From contig JAKAIL010000003.1 of assembly GCA_021825235.1 (NCBI GenBank), positions 1 to 41,887 on the forward strand: a stretch of 41,887 bases of DNA, written 5' to 3'. Source of the DNA: Bacteroidota bacterium. Its GTDB lineage: Bacteria > Bacteroidota > Ignavibacteria > Palsa-1295. The notes beneath the pieces were generated by a model. That model had not been told where the DNA came from and searched no databases. It worked only from the letters and a program-made list of their open reading frames with translations. Positions 18,204 to 27,092 of the stretch are shown piece after piece. The position numbers were made by a program, and so were the translations under genes. The number at the start of each line of letters is the position of its first letter. The first letter of the stretch is position 1.

Positions 18204-19166
18204 TTAGTTGTGAGTCAGTGAGATAAGAGAGCGGGTAAAATCTTCCTTGGTAAACGAGTTGCCATCGGCCGTCACGTACCACCAATCGTATTGATAGATA
18301 GGTCCGGCGAAGCACCCGTAATACTTGTACTCACGATTGAAGTCATAGTCGTCAACCGCACTGGTCTTGATGCGGATATCGGCCGTATGATTCCACGTTC
18401 CAGCCGGGACCGTCCAGGATTCGTCATCGACAATTACATCGCACGAAGTGGTGGGATTAGGCTCGTTGATGACGTCATAATCCCAGGTTTCATTCGTGTG
18501 GAAGTCCTTTAAAAAGACGCAGCGCTCTTTGATAATGGGTCCGGTTCCACCTTCGCGTTCCCAGATAAACGCCGAATCCAGGTGTTCGCTGTACCAGATG
18601 GTATCCGTTTGCCAGGTATAGTTTCCGGTATCGTTAAAGTCGTCCACGGTTGTACGAACGTAGCCGCCAATGCCCGATAGGATCGTATCCGCAGAAACGG
18701 CGCGGGCGAGCCCGCTCATCGAGGACATTCCGCTGACGGTATCGCCAGGCAGCACAAAGGCCCCATGCGTATTGTCGGCGTGTGTTGCTGAGACGTAATT
18801 GATCGTCACGAATGGACGCCCCGCATACGCATTCGCGACGCGATAGCTTATCTGATAGCGGAACAGTGAATCGCCGTTGGAAGCCAACTGATCGTAGCCC
18901 ATGGTGCGGACCGTATCGTTCGATCCGTCCAGCGTAGCAGCTACCGAGCCATCACTGTTGTAGATTTTCTCTACATTGGTGAAGGCATAGGTCCAGCCGG
19001 CATCCTTATGATAGAAGTAGTCGCTCATGTTGGGGGAACCGAGGGTTCCACGTGAGCCGCCCGGGCCTACTGGACCGTTTGGATTGACGGCGCAGGATGC
19101 AAGGACGGTACTGGCGAGTGCAACGCATGCTAAGCGCGCATGCCAGGAGATAATGGGGATTTTCAT
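18204..19166 (-). CDS. Hypothetical lipoprotein
   Basis: Lipobox VLASC; TVPAGTW motif near the C-terminus. Confidence 0.75.
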   Translation of the reverse strand: MKIPIISWHARLACVALASTVLASCAVNPNGPVGPGGSRGTLGSPNMSDYFYHKDAGWTYAFTNVEKIYNSDGSVAATLDGSNDTVRTMGYDQLASNGDSLFRYQISYRVANAYAGRPFVTINYVSATHADNTHGAFVLPGDTVSGMSSMSGLARAVSADTILSGIGGYVRTTVDDFNDTGNYTWQTDTIWYSEHLDSAFIWEREGGTGPIIKERCVFLKDFHTNETWDYDVINEPNPTTSCDVIVDDESWTVPAGTWNHTADIRIKTSAVDDYDFNREYKYYGCFAGPIYQYDWWYVTADGNSFTKEDFTRSLISLTHN

Positions 19167-19211
19167 CGGTGTTGTGTTAGGTTATAATGGATGAATAATT
19201 CAGGATGGATG

Positions 19212-19574
19212 TCAAATATTGGAAGCAACCAAACCTGGATGAGCAATCATCCAAGGAGCAAGCAGCCACGGAACCCGGGATCCAGACGCATCGCTGACGA
19301 TGCCCGGAGTCCGGGTTCCGGGCATCGTCGCCGATGCGTCCGCTGCTCGATAACAGGCAACCAAACTACGGGGTAGGAGATGATCCATCATCCACGGATG
19401 ATCGGTCATCCACGCGCTGCTACCCGAAGAACTCCGCATGTCGCAAGTAAGATGTGAACCGTGACGCACCCGCTCTCGGCGGGGACGACCCACGGCAAGG
19501 TCCGCTTTACAAAAGGGGCAGACGTGTTCCCAATCGTTTCCGACGTAAGAACAGGATGGACACGTTTTCAGCAT
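19212..19574 (-). CDS. Possible small zinc-ribbon protein; 3' half runs through repeats
   Basis: CPSC-x10-CPFC at the N-terminus; the rest overlaps palindromic repeats. Confidence 0.35.
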   Translation of the reverse strand: MLKTCPSCSYVGNDWEHVCPFCKADLAVGRPRRERVRHGSHLTCDMRSSSGSSAWMTDHPWMMDHLLPRSLVACYRAADASATMPGTRTPGIVSDASGSRVPWLLAPWMIAHPGLVASNI

Positions 19575-19749
19575 TGTCGTTAAGAATCTATTAGGTTAAA
19601 TCTCTATGTCAAACTCGGCGAAGCAAGAACCATCCAAGGATGAGCGGTCATCCGGCATAATGCTTTGTAAACTTGACATACCGTAATATAAGCGGCGAAC
19701 TGTCAGTTTCCCTGACACTTGCATGGTATTCTATAGAAAAGTAAAAATC

Positions 19750-19765
19750 GCCGAATGCGTGCCAA
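19750..19765 (-). promoter_or_regulatory. Possible sigma54 promoter
   Basis: TTGGCACGCATTCGGC (GG-N10-GC); palindrome GTATC-N5-GATAC upstream at 19844-19858. Confidence 0.45.
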
Positions 19766-20268
19766 ATTCAGCATGTCAAAATTAAATACTTATCTAATAG
19801 ACAGCGTCAACATTGCAAATTGGAATGACGACGAGGCAAAAGTGTATCAGAACGATACGGATTCATGAAGCGACGACCCATCACCGGTGGTTCAACAGGG
19901 AGGTCCACGGATGAGTGATCTGCCAGAGGATGTTCCATGCACCTGCAATCCGCCTGGAGGACTTAGATAGGGAATCCCGAGGCCAAGAGCTCCGAGGATA
20001 AATCAGTAGCGGCAGAAGCGCGGTAAGCACCGGCGGAAGAAACCGGACCCCGGTACGGGAAGCCTACCCAGGCCGAAGGATGCCATTAACAGAAGGCTCT
20101 GCGATAGGTACTAAGCATGCCGAGCAGCGCAGACCAAACAAGACCGCACGGCAAGAGGCCATGAGCGATCCTTGGAAGAGCGATCACCCCTGCCTGCTTA
20201 AGAACCAGTTGGGAACCTGCGAGACCCAACATCGAAATACCCTGCCGCAACAGAAATCACACGGCCGA

Positions 20269-20531
20269 GTCGACGAATCTTACTTATGAATAGGAAGATT
20301 TATTTACCGGTCTCTGTAAAATTTCTTTACCATCTGGAAGGAATGCGGGTGTTGTCTTGAGGACCGTAAAGGAACTTTCCGCGATCTTACAAAATAATTT
20401 AACATGGTTGACTTTCTGAAAATATAACGGTAAGAATATTCGAAGGAAAAATTCTGATACGAAGAAACAAAAATCTCATGCTTCCTTCAAAAGCATAAAA
20501 AAATTTTTGACAGGTAGTAAGATTTACTTAC
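20269..20531. promoter_or_regulatory. Array of 15-bp GTAAG-N5-CTTAC-like boxes upstream of operon A
   Basis: GGAAGATTTATTTAC 20293, GTAAAATTTCTTTAC 20316, GTAAAGGAACTTTCC 20366, GTAAGAATATTCGAA 20430, GTAAGATTTACTTAC 20517. Confidence 0.65.
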
Positions 20532-20597
20532 GAACATCGCGAGGAGTGTTAAAGAATTATCCGTCGAATCAAGCGAAATCGTGCAATTGATTGACGT

Positions 20598-20614
20598 GGG
20601 TATGCTGGTTGCTA
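20598..20614 (+). promoter_or_regulatory. Sigma54-like -24/-12 promoter of operon A
   Basis: GGGTATGCTGGTTGCTA (GG-N10-GC); nearly identical to the element upstream of operon B. Confidence 0.65.
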
Positions 20615-20735
20615 TGCGTGTTCCAATAATTTTTACAGGATGGGGAAACATGCGCGATGGAAACGTTGCGATGTCCTCCCATCAGCCATAATGATTGAGT
20701 CAAGCATCCACGGAAGGGGCGATTTACTATTTAAC

Positions 20736-21713
20736 ATGGAACAGAACGAAGCAACAAGCAGAAGAAAATTTTTGAAGGTCGCAGCCGCTGCCGGGGCTGT
20801 CATCGCGACCGGTGCCGGACTTAAGAAAGCATTCTCAGCGGATAATCCATCCGGCAGCGATTCGCTCTCGGCAAGCTCTTCCCCAGCCGATACTTCGGCA
20901 TCCGGAGCCGATACTGCCGCGGCTGGTGAGAAGCTAAAAGTTCTTACACCCAGCGGTACGCTTCTCGAAATTGACAGCGCCCATGCCTATGCTACGCAGC
21001 ACAAGCCGGTATCCAATGAAGAAGCACGTATCGGCATACCAGGCCGAAAGTTCGTGATGGTCATTGATCTCTCGAAGTGCGATGGCTGCCGGAAGTGTAC
21101 GAAGGCGTGTCAGAAAATGCACTTTACCCCACCGGACCGCGAGTGGATCAAGGTCTTCGAAATGAAGGATTCGGAAGAAACCGGATCTTACTGGATGCCG
21201 AAGCCCTGCTTCCATTGCGATAATCCTCCCTGCACGAAAGTCTGCCCCGTTGGAGCAACGTTCAAGCGGGAAGATGGCATTGTTCTCATCGATAATACCC
21301 GTTGCATTGGCTGCCGCTTCTGTATGGCGGCCTGCCCATACTCCACGCGGTACTTTAATTGGGAGCACCCTGCAGAAATTCCCGCCATGGCGGATATTCC
21401 GTACACGCCGGAACAAGGGTATCCGCGCCGCGTGGGAACTGCCGAAAAGTGCGATTTCTGTCCGGACATGATTCGTGAAGGGCGCATGCCGGCCTGTATC
21501 GATTCCTGTGATATGGGCGCACTCTATTTCGGCGATGAGAACGAAGATGCGGTAACCAATTCCAATGGTGAGACGGTCCGCTTAAGCACGTTGCTCGATC
21601 AGAACGCGGGATACCGTTTTATGGAAGAATTGGGAACGAAGCCACGCGTCTATTATCTCCCGCCCAAGAATCGCCGTTATCCGGAACCCGTGCATGCAAC
21701 GGTCGTCGGATAA
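20736..21713 (+). CDS. Tat-exported 4x[4Fe-4S] protein (NrfC/PsrB/DsrO family)
   Basis: SRRKFLK Tat motif; CDGCRKCTKAC, CFHCDNPPCTKVCP, CIGCRFCMAACP, KCDFC...PACIDSC. Confidence 0.92.
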   Translation: MEQNEATSRRKFLKVAAAAGAVIATGAGLKKAFSADNPSGSDSLSASSSPADTSASGADTAAAGEKLKVLTPSGTLLEIDSAHAYATQHKPVSNEEARIGIPGRKFVMVIDLSKCDGCRKCTKACQKMHFTPPDREWIKVFEMKDSEETGSYWMPKPCFHCDNPPCTKVCPVGATFKREDGIVLIDNTRCIGCRFCMAACPYSTRYFNWEHPAEIPAMADIPYTPEQGYPRRVGTAEKCDFCPDMIREGRMPACIDSCDMGALYFGDENEDAVTNSNGETVRLSTLLDQNAGYRFMEELGTKPRVYYLPPKNRRYPEPVHATVVG

Positions 21714-21766
21714 TACCATCGTACAGTAGAGTAGAACGGTACCATCAGCCGCCACAAACCTTTATT

Positions 21767-23272
21767 ATGGAACACATTACAAAACAGAAGAACGGAGTAG
21801 CAATGGCTCTTGCCGGAGGAGAAACGGGCGAGAGCCGTGGAGATTTTCCACTTCCGACTGGACCGGGCATCGAAAGCATACGCCAGCATTATTTGCGCCC
21901 CATTGCGCCGGGTAATTTTGGGACGCGAAGCAAGTATTGGATTGCTGGGCTCCTTGTTGTTATGGCATGGGGGCTTTATGCCTACATCCATCAACTACAG
22001 ATGGGTCTCGAAGCCACGGCGATGCGGAACTATGTGTCATGGGGGCTCTATATTGCTACCTTCGTCTTTATTATCGGCATCAGCCATTCGGGCACTCTGG
22101 TCTCAGCCATCCTCCGGGTGACGAATCAGGAATGGCGGCGACCGATTACGCGATCGGCGGAGCTTCTGACGGCCGTCGCACTTATGTTCGGTGGGCTAAT
22201 GCCCATCATCGACATGGGGCGTCCGGACCGCGTGCTCAACCTGATCTTTTACGGACGTATTCAATCCCCCTTACTGTGGGATGTTTTGTGCGTCACGACT
22301 TACTTTACGGGAAGTGTGATGTTCTTGTATTTGCCGATGATCCCGGACATTGCACTGGCGAAGAAGCGGTTTGCTACAACCGGCTCGAAGTTTCGGCTTT
22401 GGGTCTACGATAAGCTTTCGATGGGCTGGCAGGGAACTCCGGAGCAATGGCGCCGGCTCGAACGCGCCATGCGAGTCATGACCGTCATGATCATTCCGAT
22501 CGCGGTTTCCGTACACACCGTGATCTCCTATATCTTTGCAATGACCTTACGGGCAGGATGGGATAGCACCGTGTTCGGGCCCTATTTCGTCGTCGGTGCA
22601 CTGTATTCTGGTTCCGCCGGCGTGATCCTGGTAATGGCGGCATTCCGCAAAATCTATCACCTGGAAGAATTTATTACTCCGCGCCATTTTGACTTAATGG
22701 GGAAAATCGTGCTATCGCTCACGATGATTTATGCCTATTTCAATCTCAATGAATATTGGATCCCAGCGTATAAAATGGCCTCCGGGGAAGCGCCACTGCT
22801 GCACTCGCTCTTCTCCGGTAACCTTTCTACTCTCTTCTGGACCTTACAGTTCGGGACGGTGCTGATTCCCATCATTATCCTGGCCACTCCACGTGGTCGC
22901 AGGCCTACCCTTTCGGTTATTGCTTGCATCATCATCGTGGTCGGTGCCTGGGTGAAGCGATACGCCATTGTCATTCCCGTGCTTGAGCATCCATTCCTTC
23001 CGATGCAGCATGCCCCGCAATCGTGGACGCATTACTTCCCCAATTGGGTGGAATTCTCCGTTGTTGGTGGTATGCTGGCCGGAATATTCTTAGTCCTTAC
23101 CCTCTTTTCGAAGTTCTTCCCCATTAGTTCCATCTGGGAAGTGGAAGAAGGCGTCCACCGATCGGAACATTCGGCGCACGATCACTCATCCGGTCAATCG
23201 CACCTTGCAGCAAATGGGAAGGACACTAATCACAAACACATTCCTGCAGTCGAGGAGGCCTTCGCGCAATGA
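21767..23272 (+). CDS. NrfD/PsrC-family quinone-interacting membrane subunit (ActC/QrcD-like)
   Basis: WGLYIATFVF.IGISHSGTLVSAIL, WRRPITR.AE, DMGRP.R, SPLLWD, SVHTV.S; many TM helices. Confidence 0.92.
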   Translation: MEHITKQKNGVAMALAGGETGESRGDFPLPTGPGIESIRQHYLRPIAPGNFGTRSKYWIAGLLVVMAWGLYAYIHQLQMGLEATAMRNYVSWGLYIATFVFIIGISHSGTLVSAILRVTNQEWRRPITRSAELLTAVALMFGGLMPIIDMGRPDRVLNLIFYGRIQSPLLWDVLCVTTYFTGSVMFLYLPMIPDIALAKKRFATTGSKFRLWVYDKLSMGWQGTPEQWRRLERAMRVMTVMIIPIAVSVHTVISYIFAMTLRAGWDSTVFGPYFVVGALYSGSAGVILVMAAFRKIYHLEEFITPRHFDLMGKIVLSLTMIYAYFNLNEYWIPAYKMASGEAPLLHSLFSGNLSTLFWTLQFGTVLIPIIILATPRGRRPTLSVIACIIIVVGAWVKRYAIVIPVLEHPFLPMQHAPQSWTHYFPNWVEFSVVGGMLAGIFLVLTLFSKFFPISSIWEVEEGVHRSEHSAHDHSSGQSHLAANGKDTNHKHIPAVEEAFAQ

Positions 23273-23925
23273 AAATTCTAAGATGCTCTCTACTATTCGT
23301 GCTCGCACTATTCCTGTTCAGCGTGCATGTACGCCGCTCTCTGGCCATGGACTCTATGGGCGGTATGGCGATGGATTCCGCAGGCGCCAGCACCGCCGCT
23401 GTGAGCGCGAGTGGCGCCGGCGATTCCTCCGCTTCCAATGCCAAACTTACGCTCGCTGTAACGGATGGCGATACGGTTTGGAACGTCCAGGCGAACTTTA
23501 TCGGCCCGGATTCAACCGGCAAGATCGGACCGCTCGCCAATCAGACCGTTAGCTTTTACGTCAAACGGCTCTTTGGCATCATGCCGATGCGAGACGATGA
23601 TAACACGGGAACGACGGATGATTCCGGAAACGCCGTGATTCAAATGCCGAAAAACATTCCCGGTGGTACCACCGGGATGCTCACGATCATTGCTCGTGTG
23701 GAACAAGACGATCAAACCGGTTTGGTCGCCGCCAGCGATTCTGGACATTGGGGGAAGGTCGTTCCTCTCGAGGCTAATCCATTCCCACGCGCGCTGTGGG
23801 AGCCCAATGCGCCCATTTCCATGATCATCGTTTTTGTCATTCTCTTCGGTGGCGTATGGTCCACCTACGGATTTGTAGTAACTCAACTTGTAACCATTAA
23901 AAAGGAACACCAGAATGAAGCATAA
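23269..23925 (+). CDS. Hypothetical periplasmic protein with C-terminal TM anchor
   Basis: Signal peptide, Met-rich start, beta-rich core (TTDDSGNA), C-terminal hydrophobic helix; ATGA-coupled to the nrfD-like gene. Confidence 0.8.
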   Translation: MKILRCSLLFVLALFLFSVHVRRSLAMDSMGGMAMDSAGASTAAVSASGAGDSSASNAKLTLAVTDGDTVWNVQANFIGPDSTGKIGPLANQTVSFYVKRLFGIMPMRDDDNTGTTDDSGNAVIQMPKNIPGGTTGMLTIIARVEQDDQTGLVAASDSGHWGKVVPLEANPFPRALWEPNAPISMIIVFVILFGGVWSTYGFVVTQLVTIKKEHQNEA

Positions 23926-24343
23926 ATCAGTATCCTCCCTTAGTGCTATCTTTCTTTCGATAGCCATTGCGGGGTTCATCGTTGCGTTTATTGTGACGAA
24001 TTCACCTGCAAGCAATGCCGGGAAATGGATGGCGCCAGCCTCCGCGAATAACATGAAAAATCCGGTCGCGAAGACGCCGGTCTCCATTCAGGACGGCAGG
24101 AAAATATTCAATAAAGAATGCAGTTCCTGCCACGGGCCAAAAGGTTTGGGCAATGGCCCAAAGGCGGGCGACCTGAATATTCAACCCAGCAACCTTGCCT
24201 CCCATTTGGTACAGAGCCAAAGCGATGGAGCGATCTTCTGGAAGATCACCACGGGCAATAAGCCGATGCCAACGTTTCGGACGGCCTATTCCGATCAAGA
24301 CCGTTGGAACCTTGTGAACTTTGTACGCACGCTGGGAAAGTAA
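23915..24343 (+). CDS. Monoheme class I cytochrome c
   Basis: CSSCH; SDGAIFWKITTG..PMP.F (distal Met); N-terminal hydrophobic segment. Confidence 0.9.
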   Translation: MKHKSVSSLSAIFLSIAIAGFIVAFIVTNSPASNAGKWMAPASANNMKNPVAKTPVSIQDGRKIFNKECSSCHGPKGLGNGPKAGDLNIQPSNLASHLVQSQSDGAIFWKITTGNKPMPTFRTAYSDQDRWNLVNFVRTLGK

Positions 24344-24428
24344 ACGGAAGCATTTATCTCATTTCCGCGCATCCACAGCCCCCTTTACTGTCAATGCGCA
24401 ACCCTGTTCATTTATCAGAACTACTACC

Positions 24429-25697
24429 ATGAAACGATTCATCACGATTCAATTACTCCTGCTGGCAAGCGCGGTTCTGCTGTTGGTCTCCGTAACCAAA
24501 AGCAACGCCATGCCGATATTCGCTCGCAAGTATGGCTTCAAATGTTCGTATTGCCATACCACGATTCCGCGTTTGAACGAGACGGGATTTCGGTTCCGGG
24601 CCGCGGGCTTCCGGCTGCCAAGCGATATCGGTGGGCCACAACCCGATGAAAATTACCAACTCGGTAACTATCTTGCAATAGCGCTTACGGGTGCACTGTC
24701 TAATAACACAACAAATCCTCCGGGCGCAGCTTCTACTTCTACCTTTTCCATGGGACTCGATCAGATTATGGTGGCCGCGGCTGGTGCGATGACCCCGGAG
24801 ATGTCCGGCGATGTACATTTGATGTACGATCCAATGAGCGGCACATTCGGGCTCGATAAAGCCTATGCGCAATACACCACCGGTGCCGAAAATGGATTCT
24901 TCACTGCCAAGCTGGGCGTGCTCGATCCGTTCCAGGGCTATCAGGCCTCGGATGAGGCGATGGGGCTTTCGGATCCACTCATAAAAGCCGACGCTGCGGT
25001 TGGACCCAATGGTTCCACGCTCTTCACGTCCGGTGGGCTTCCACAATTCGGATTGGAACTTGGATATACCTGGCCGACGACGGCTGTACGAGCTTCGGTC
25101 CTGGGTGGCGTGTTTAATTCCAGTGGCCAACCAATGCCCGTCGAGGGAACCGGTGGTAAACCGGTGGGACCCTCACAGAATAGCGTTGATTTTCAACTCT
25201 TCGTTACGCAGTTCCTGAATCAGGAAGGGGCCGGACTTTCGGGGTACTTCTACATGGGCAGTATCGACCTTCCGACCGGAGTTAGTTCCAGTTCGCCCGA
25301 TAGCAATGTCTTTCAGGATAAGTTCATTCGCTATGCGATCTACGGAACGCTTCCCATCTCCTCGTTTCAGGTGCTGGCCGGTTGGCAACAGGGAACCGAT
25401 AATAGCTGGGACTCCACGACCTTTGCGAAGGGTAGCGACTTTTCGAGTTCCGGATTCTTTGGTGAACTCGATTACCAGCTCGCTCCGCTTCTGGGCGTGG
25501 GCGTCCGCTATGATCAATTCGATCCCTGGACGAAGCAATCCGATAATCTAATAAACGGTGTGGCTGGCTTTGTCAATTATGCCGTTGGGGACGGGCTCCA
25601 ATTCGTTGGAGAATATCAGTCACTTACTACTCAGCAAGGCCCCGGACAAAAAGAGACCGACGGTAGCTTTGGAATCAACGTGATCTGGATTCACTAA
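24429..25697 (+). CDS. cyc2: Cyc2-like fused monoheme cytochrome-porin (copy A)
   Basis: After the signal peptide: AMPIFARKYGFKCSYCHTTIPRLNETGFRFRAAGF, matching the Cyc2 AxPxFAR[Q/K][T/Y]-x3-CxxCH-x3-PxL motif; beta-strand-rich remainder. Confidence 0.88.
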   Translation: MKRFITIQLLLLASAVLLLVSVTKSNAMPIFARKYGFKCSYCHTTIPRLNETGFRFRAAGFRLPSDIGGPQPDENYQLGNYLAIALTGALSNNTTNPPGAASTSTFSMGLDQIMVAAAGAMTPEMSGDVHLMYDPMSGTFGLDKAYAQYTTGAENGFFTAKLGVLDPFQGYQASDEAMGLSDPLIKADAAVGPNGSTLFTSGGLPQFGLELGYTWPTTAVRASVLGGVFNSSGQPMPVEGTGGKPVGPSQNSVDFQLFVTQFLNQEGAGLSGYFYMGSIDLPTGVSSSSPDSNVFQDKFIRYAIYGTLPISSFQVLAGWQQGTDNSWDSTTFAKGSDFSSSGFFGELDYQLAPLLGVGVRYDQFDPWTKQSDNLINGVAGFVNYAVGDGLQFVGEYQSLTTQQGPGQKETDGSFGINVIWIH

Positions 25698-25752
25698 GAA
25701 GTCGTAGAACGCTATGAAGCTGGCTGCAAAAGGCGGCCTGCTAAGGTTATGT

Positions 25753-25786
25753 ATGGGAGATGCCTGAGAGGCATCTCCCATTTTTT
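25753..25786 (+). terminator. Intrinsic terminator of operon A
   Basis: ATGGGAGATGCCT-GAG-AGGCATCTCCCAT followed by TTTTT. Confidence 0.9.
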
Positions 25787-25809
25787 GTCGTATTTCTGCA
25801 TTTCCTCCT

Positions 25810-26417
25810 ATGAAACAAGAACGTTCTCTTTCGACCCAGCCGCTCGTACCGTTGATCTGCACAATCCGGAACAGCCGCGTCATGTTCGAGGCGGACTTAG
25901 CCAGATTGTATGGCGTTAGCACAAAGCGTTTTAACCAAGCATTTAATCGAAATCGTCTCCGATTTCCGGAGGATTTTGCATTTCAGCTTTCAGCTGTAAG
26001 AATGTAAGATACTTCCATTAGAAACACAAGAGCTCCTTTTGAGGTCGCAATTTGCGACCTCAAACAACGAGAAAGAAAATAAGGGGATGCCGACGCTATC
26101 TGCCCTGGGCCCTCACCGAGCACGGCGCGCTTATGGCCGCAAATATTCTTCGAAGTAAACGTACTCGCGAAATGAGTGTCTTTATCATTCGAGCGTTCGC
26201 AAAACTACGCGAGGAAACTGCTGCAAATGCGGTAATCCTCAAACGCTTTGCGGAGATTGATAGGACATTGCTTGTGCATGAAAAGGAGCTGCGAAAGCTT
26301 TATCAACAGCTCCGTCCACTGCTGGCTCCTGGCGAAGTGTCATCCAAACGAAGAATCGGATTTCGAACTCCCGGTGAAGAGGGCTCTCTCACATCAAGCA
26401 GGGATGGGCGAAAGTAG
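25810..26417 (+). pseudogene. ORF6N (KilA-N-like) DNA-binding protein, frameshifted
   Basis: IRNSRVMFEADLARLYGVSTKRFNQA..RN..RFPEDFAFQLS, then LRSQFATS, then RRYLPWALTEHGALMAANILRS and KRRIGF, not in one continuous frame. Confidence 0.85.
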
Positions 26418-26439
26418 CATGTCGCAATATGTAACCAGT

Positions 26440-26973
26440 TCAAGCATTCGCCACTCGTTTCAGGAAGCAGACTCGTGAAATGGCATCATATATCGCATGG
26501 CTGCCAATGTGCTCATAGCCGAGCGCTTCATTCATGTGGATAGCTTCAGCATTTTCCGGATGCTGGAATGTAAAGATCCATTCGATACCGCGCGATTTAC
26601 ATTCCGCTTCAAGTGTGCTCTTTAGTTCACGGGCGATCCCTTGCCGGCGGAATTCCGGCTCGACCCACAGATCGAAAATCTCTGCAAAGCGCATGGAAGA
26701 CCCAATGATTGGAATAAGAAGTTTCCAGGTATTTTCCGTGACCGTTGGTTCCGAAGGGTTTGAAGTGCGAACCATGATAGCGCCGACGGAACGATTAGCA
26801 GTTTGAGCAACGAAGCTAAAGTTCTGACTTTCCTCTAGGAAGCTTCGGATCAGGGCCTCCCGTTTGGCCTTAGCTCCCTGCCAATCGAAGCCCTCCCGAT
26901 CGCAGGAACGCTGGTCGATGGAAAGCAGAAGTGGGAGATCGACCATCGTGGCGCGGTGTAGGGAATAATCCAT
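26440..26973 (-). CDS. GNAT-family N-acetyltransferase
   Basis: LWVEPEFRRQGIA acetyl-CoA motif; N..AI.MNEALGY. Confidence 0.85.
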   Translation of the reverse strand: MDYSLHRATMVDLPLLLSIDQRSCDREGFDWQGAKAKREALIRSFLEESQNFSFVAQTANRSVGAIMVRTSNPSEPTVTENTWKLLIPIIGSSMRFAEIFDLWVEPEFRRQGIARELKSTLEAECKSRGIEWIFTFQHPENAEAIHMNEALGYEHIGSHAIYDAISRVCFLKRVANA

Positions 26974-27041
26974 AGCCAGTGGAACGCCATCCTGGGCAAG
27001 AACGTCATTGAGGGACTCTAAGAAGCTCGAACGAAAGCAAT

Positions 27042-27070
27042 AAAAAACCCTCTCCGTTCGAGAGGGTTTT
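27042..27070 (-). terminator. Intrinsic terminator of operon B
   Basis: AAAACCCTCTC-loop-GAGAGGGTTTT with a T-tract on the minus strand. Confidence 0.85.
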
Positions 27071-27092
27071 CAGTGTGATCTTCTCTAACCGA

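Noticed and set aside
19860-20290. Structured ncRNA (RNase P, tmRNA, SRP) or ORF 20080-20289
   Set aside because: No hallmark motifs recognised; the ORF has no features and overlaps repeat-derived sequence
20736-23272. Canonical alternative complex III, polysulfide or nitrite reductase
   Set aside because: No ActA/ActD/ActF, molybdopterin subunit or NrfA in the operon
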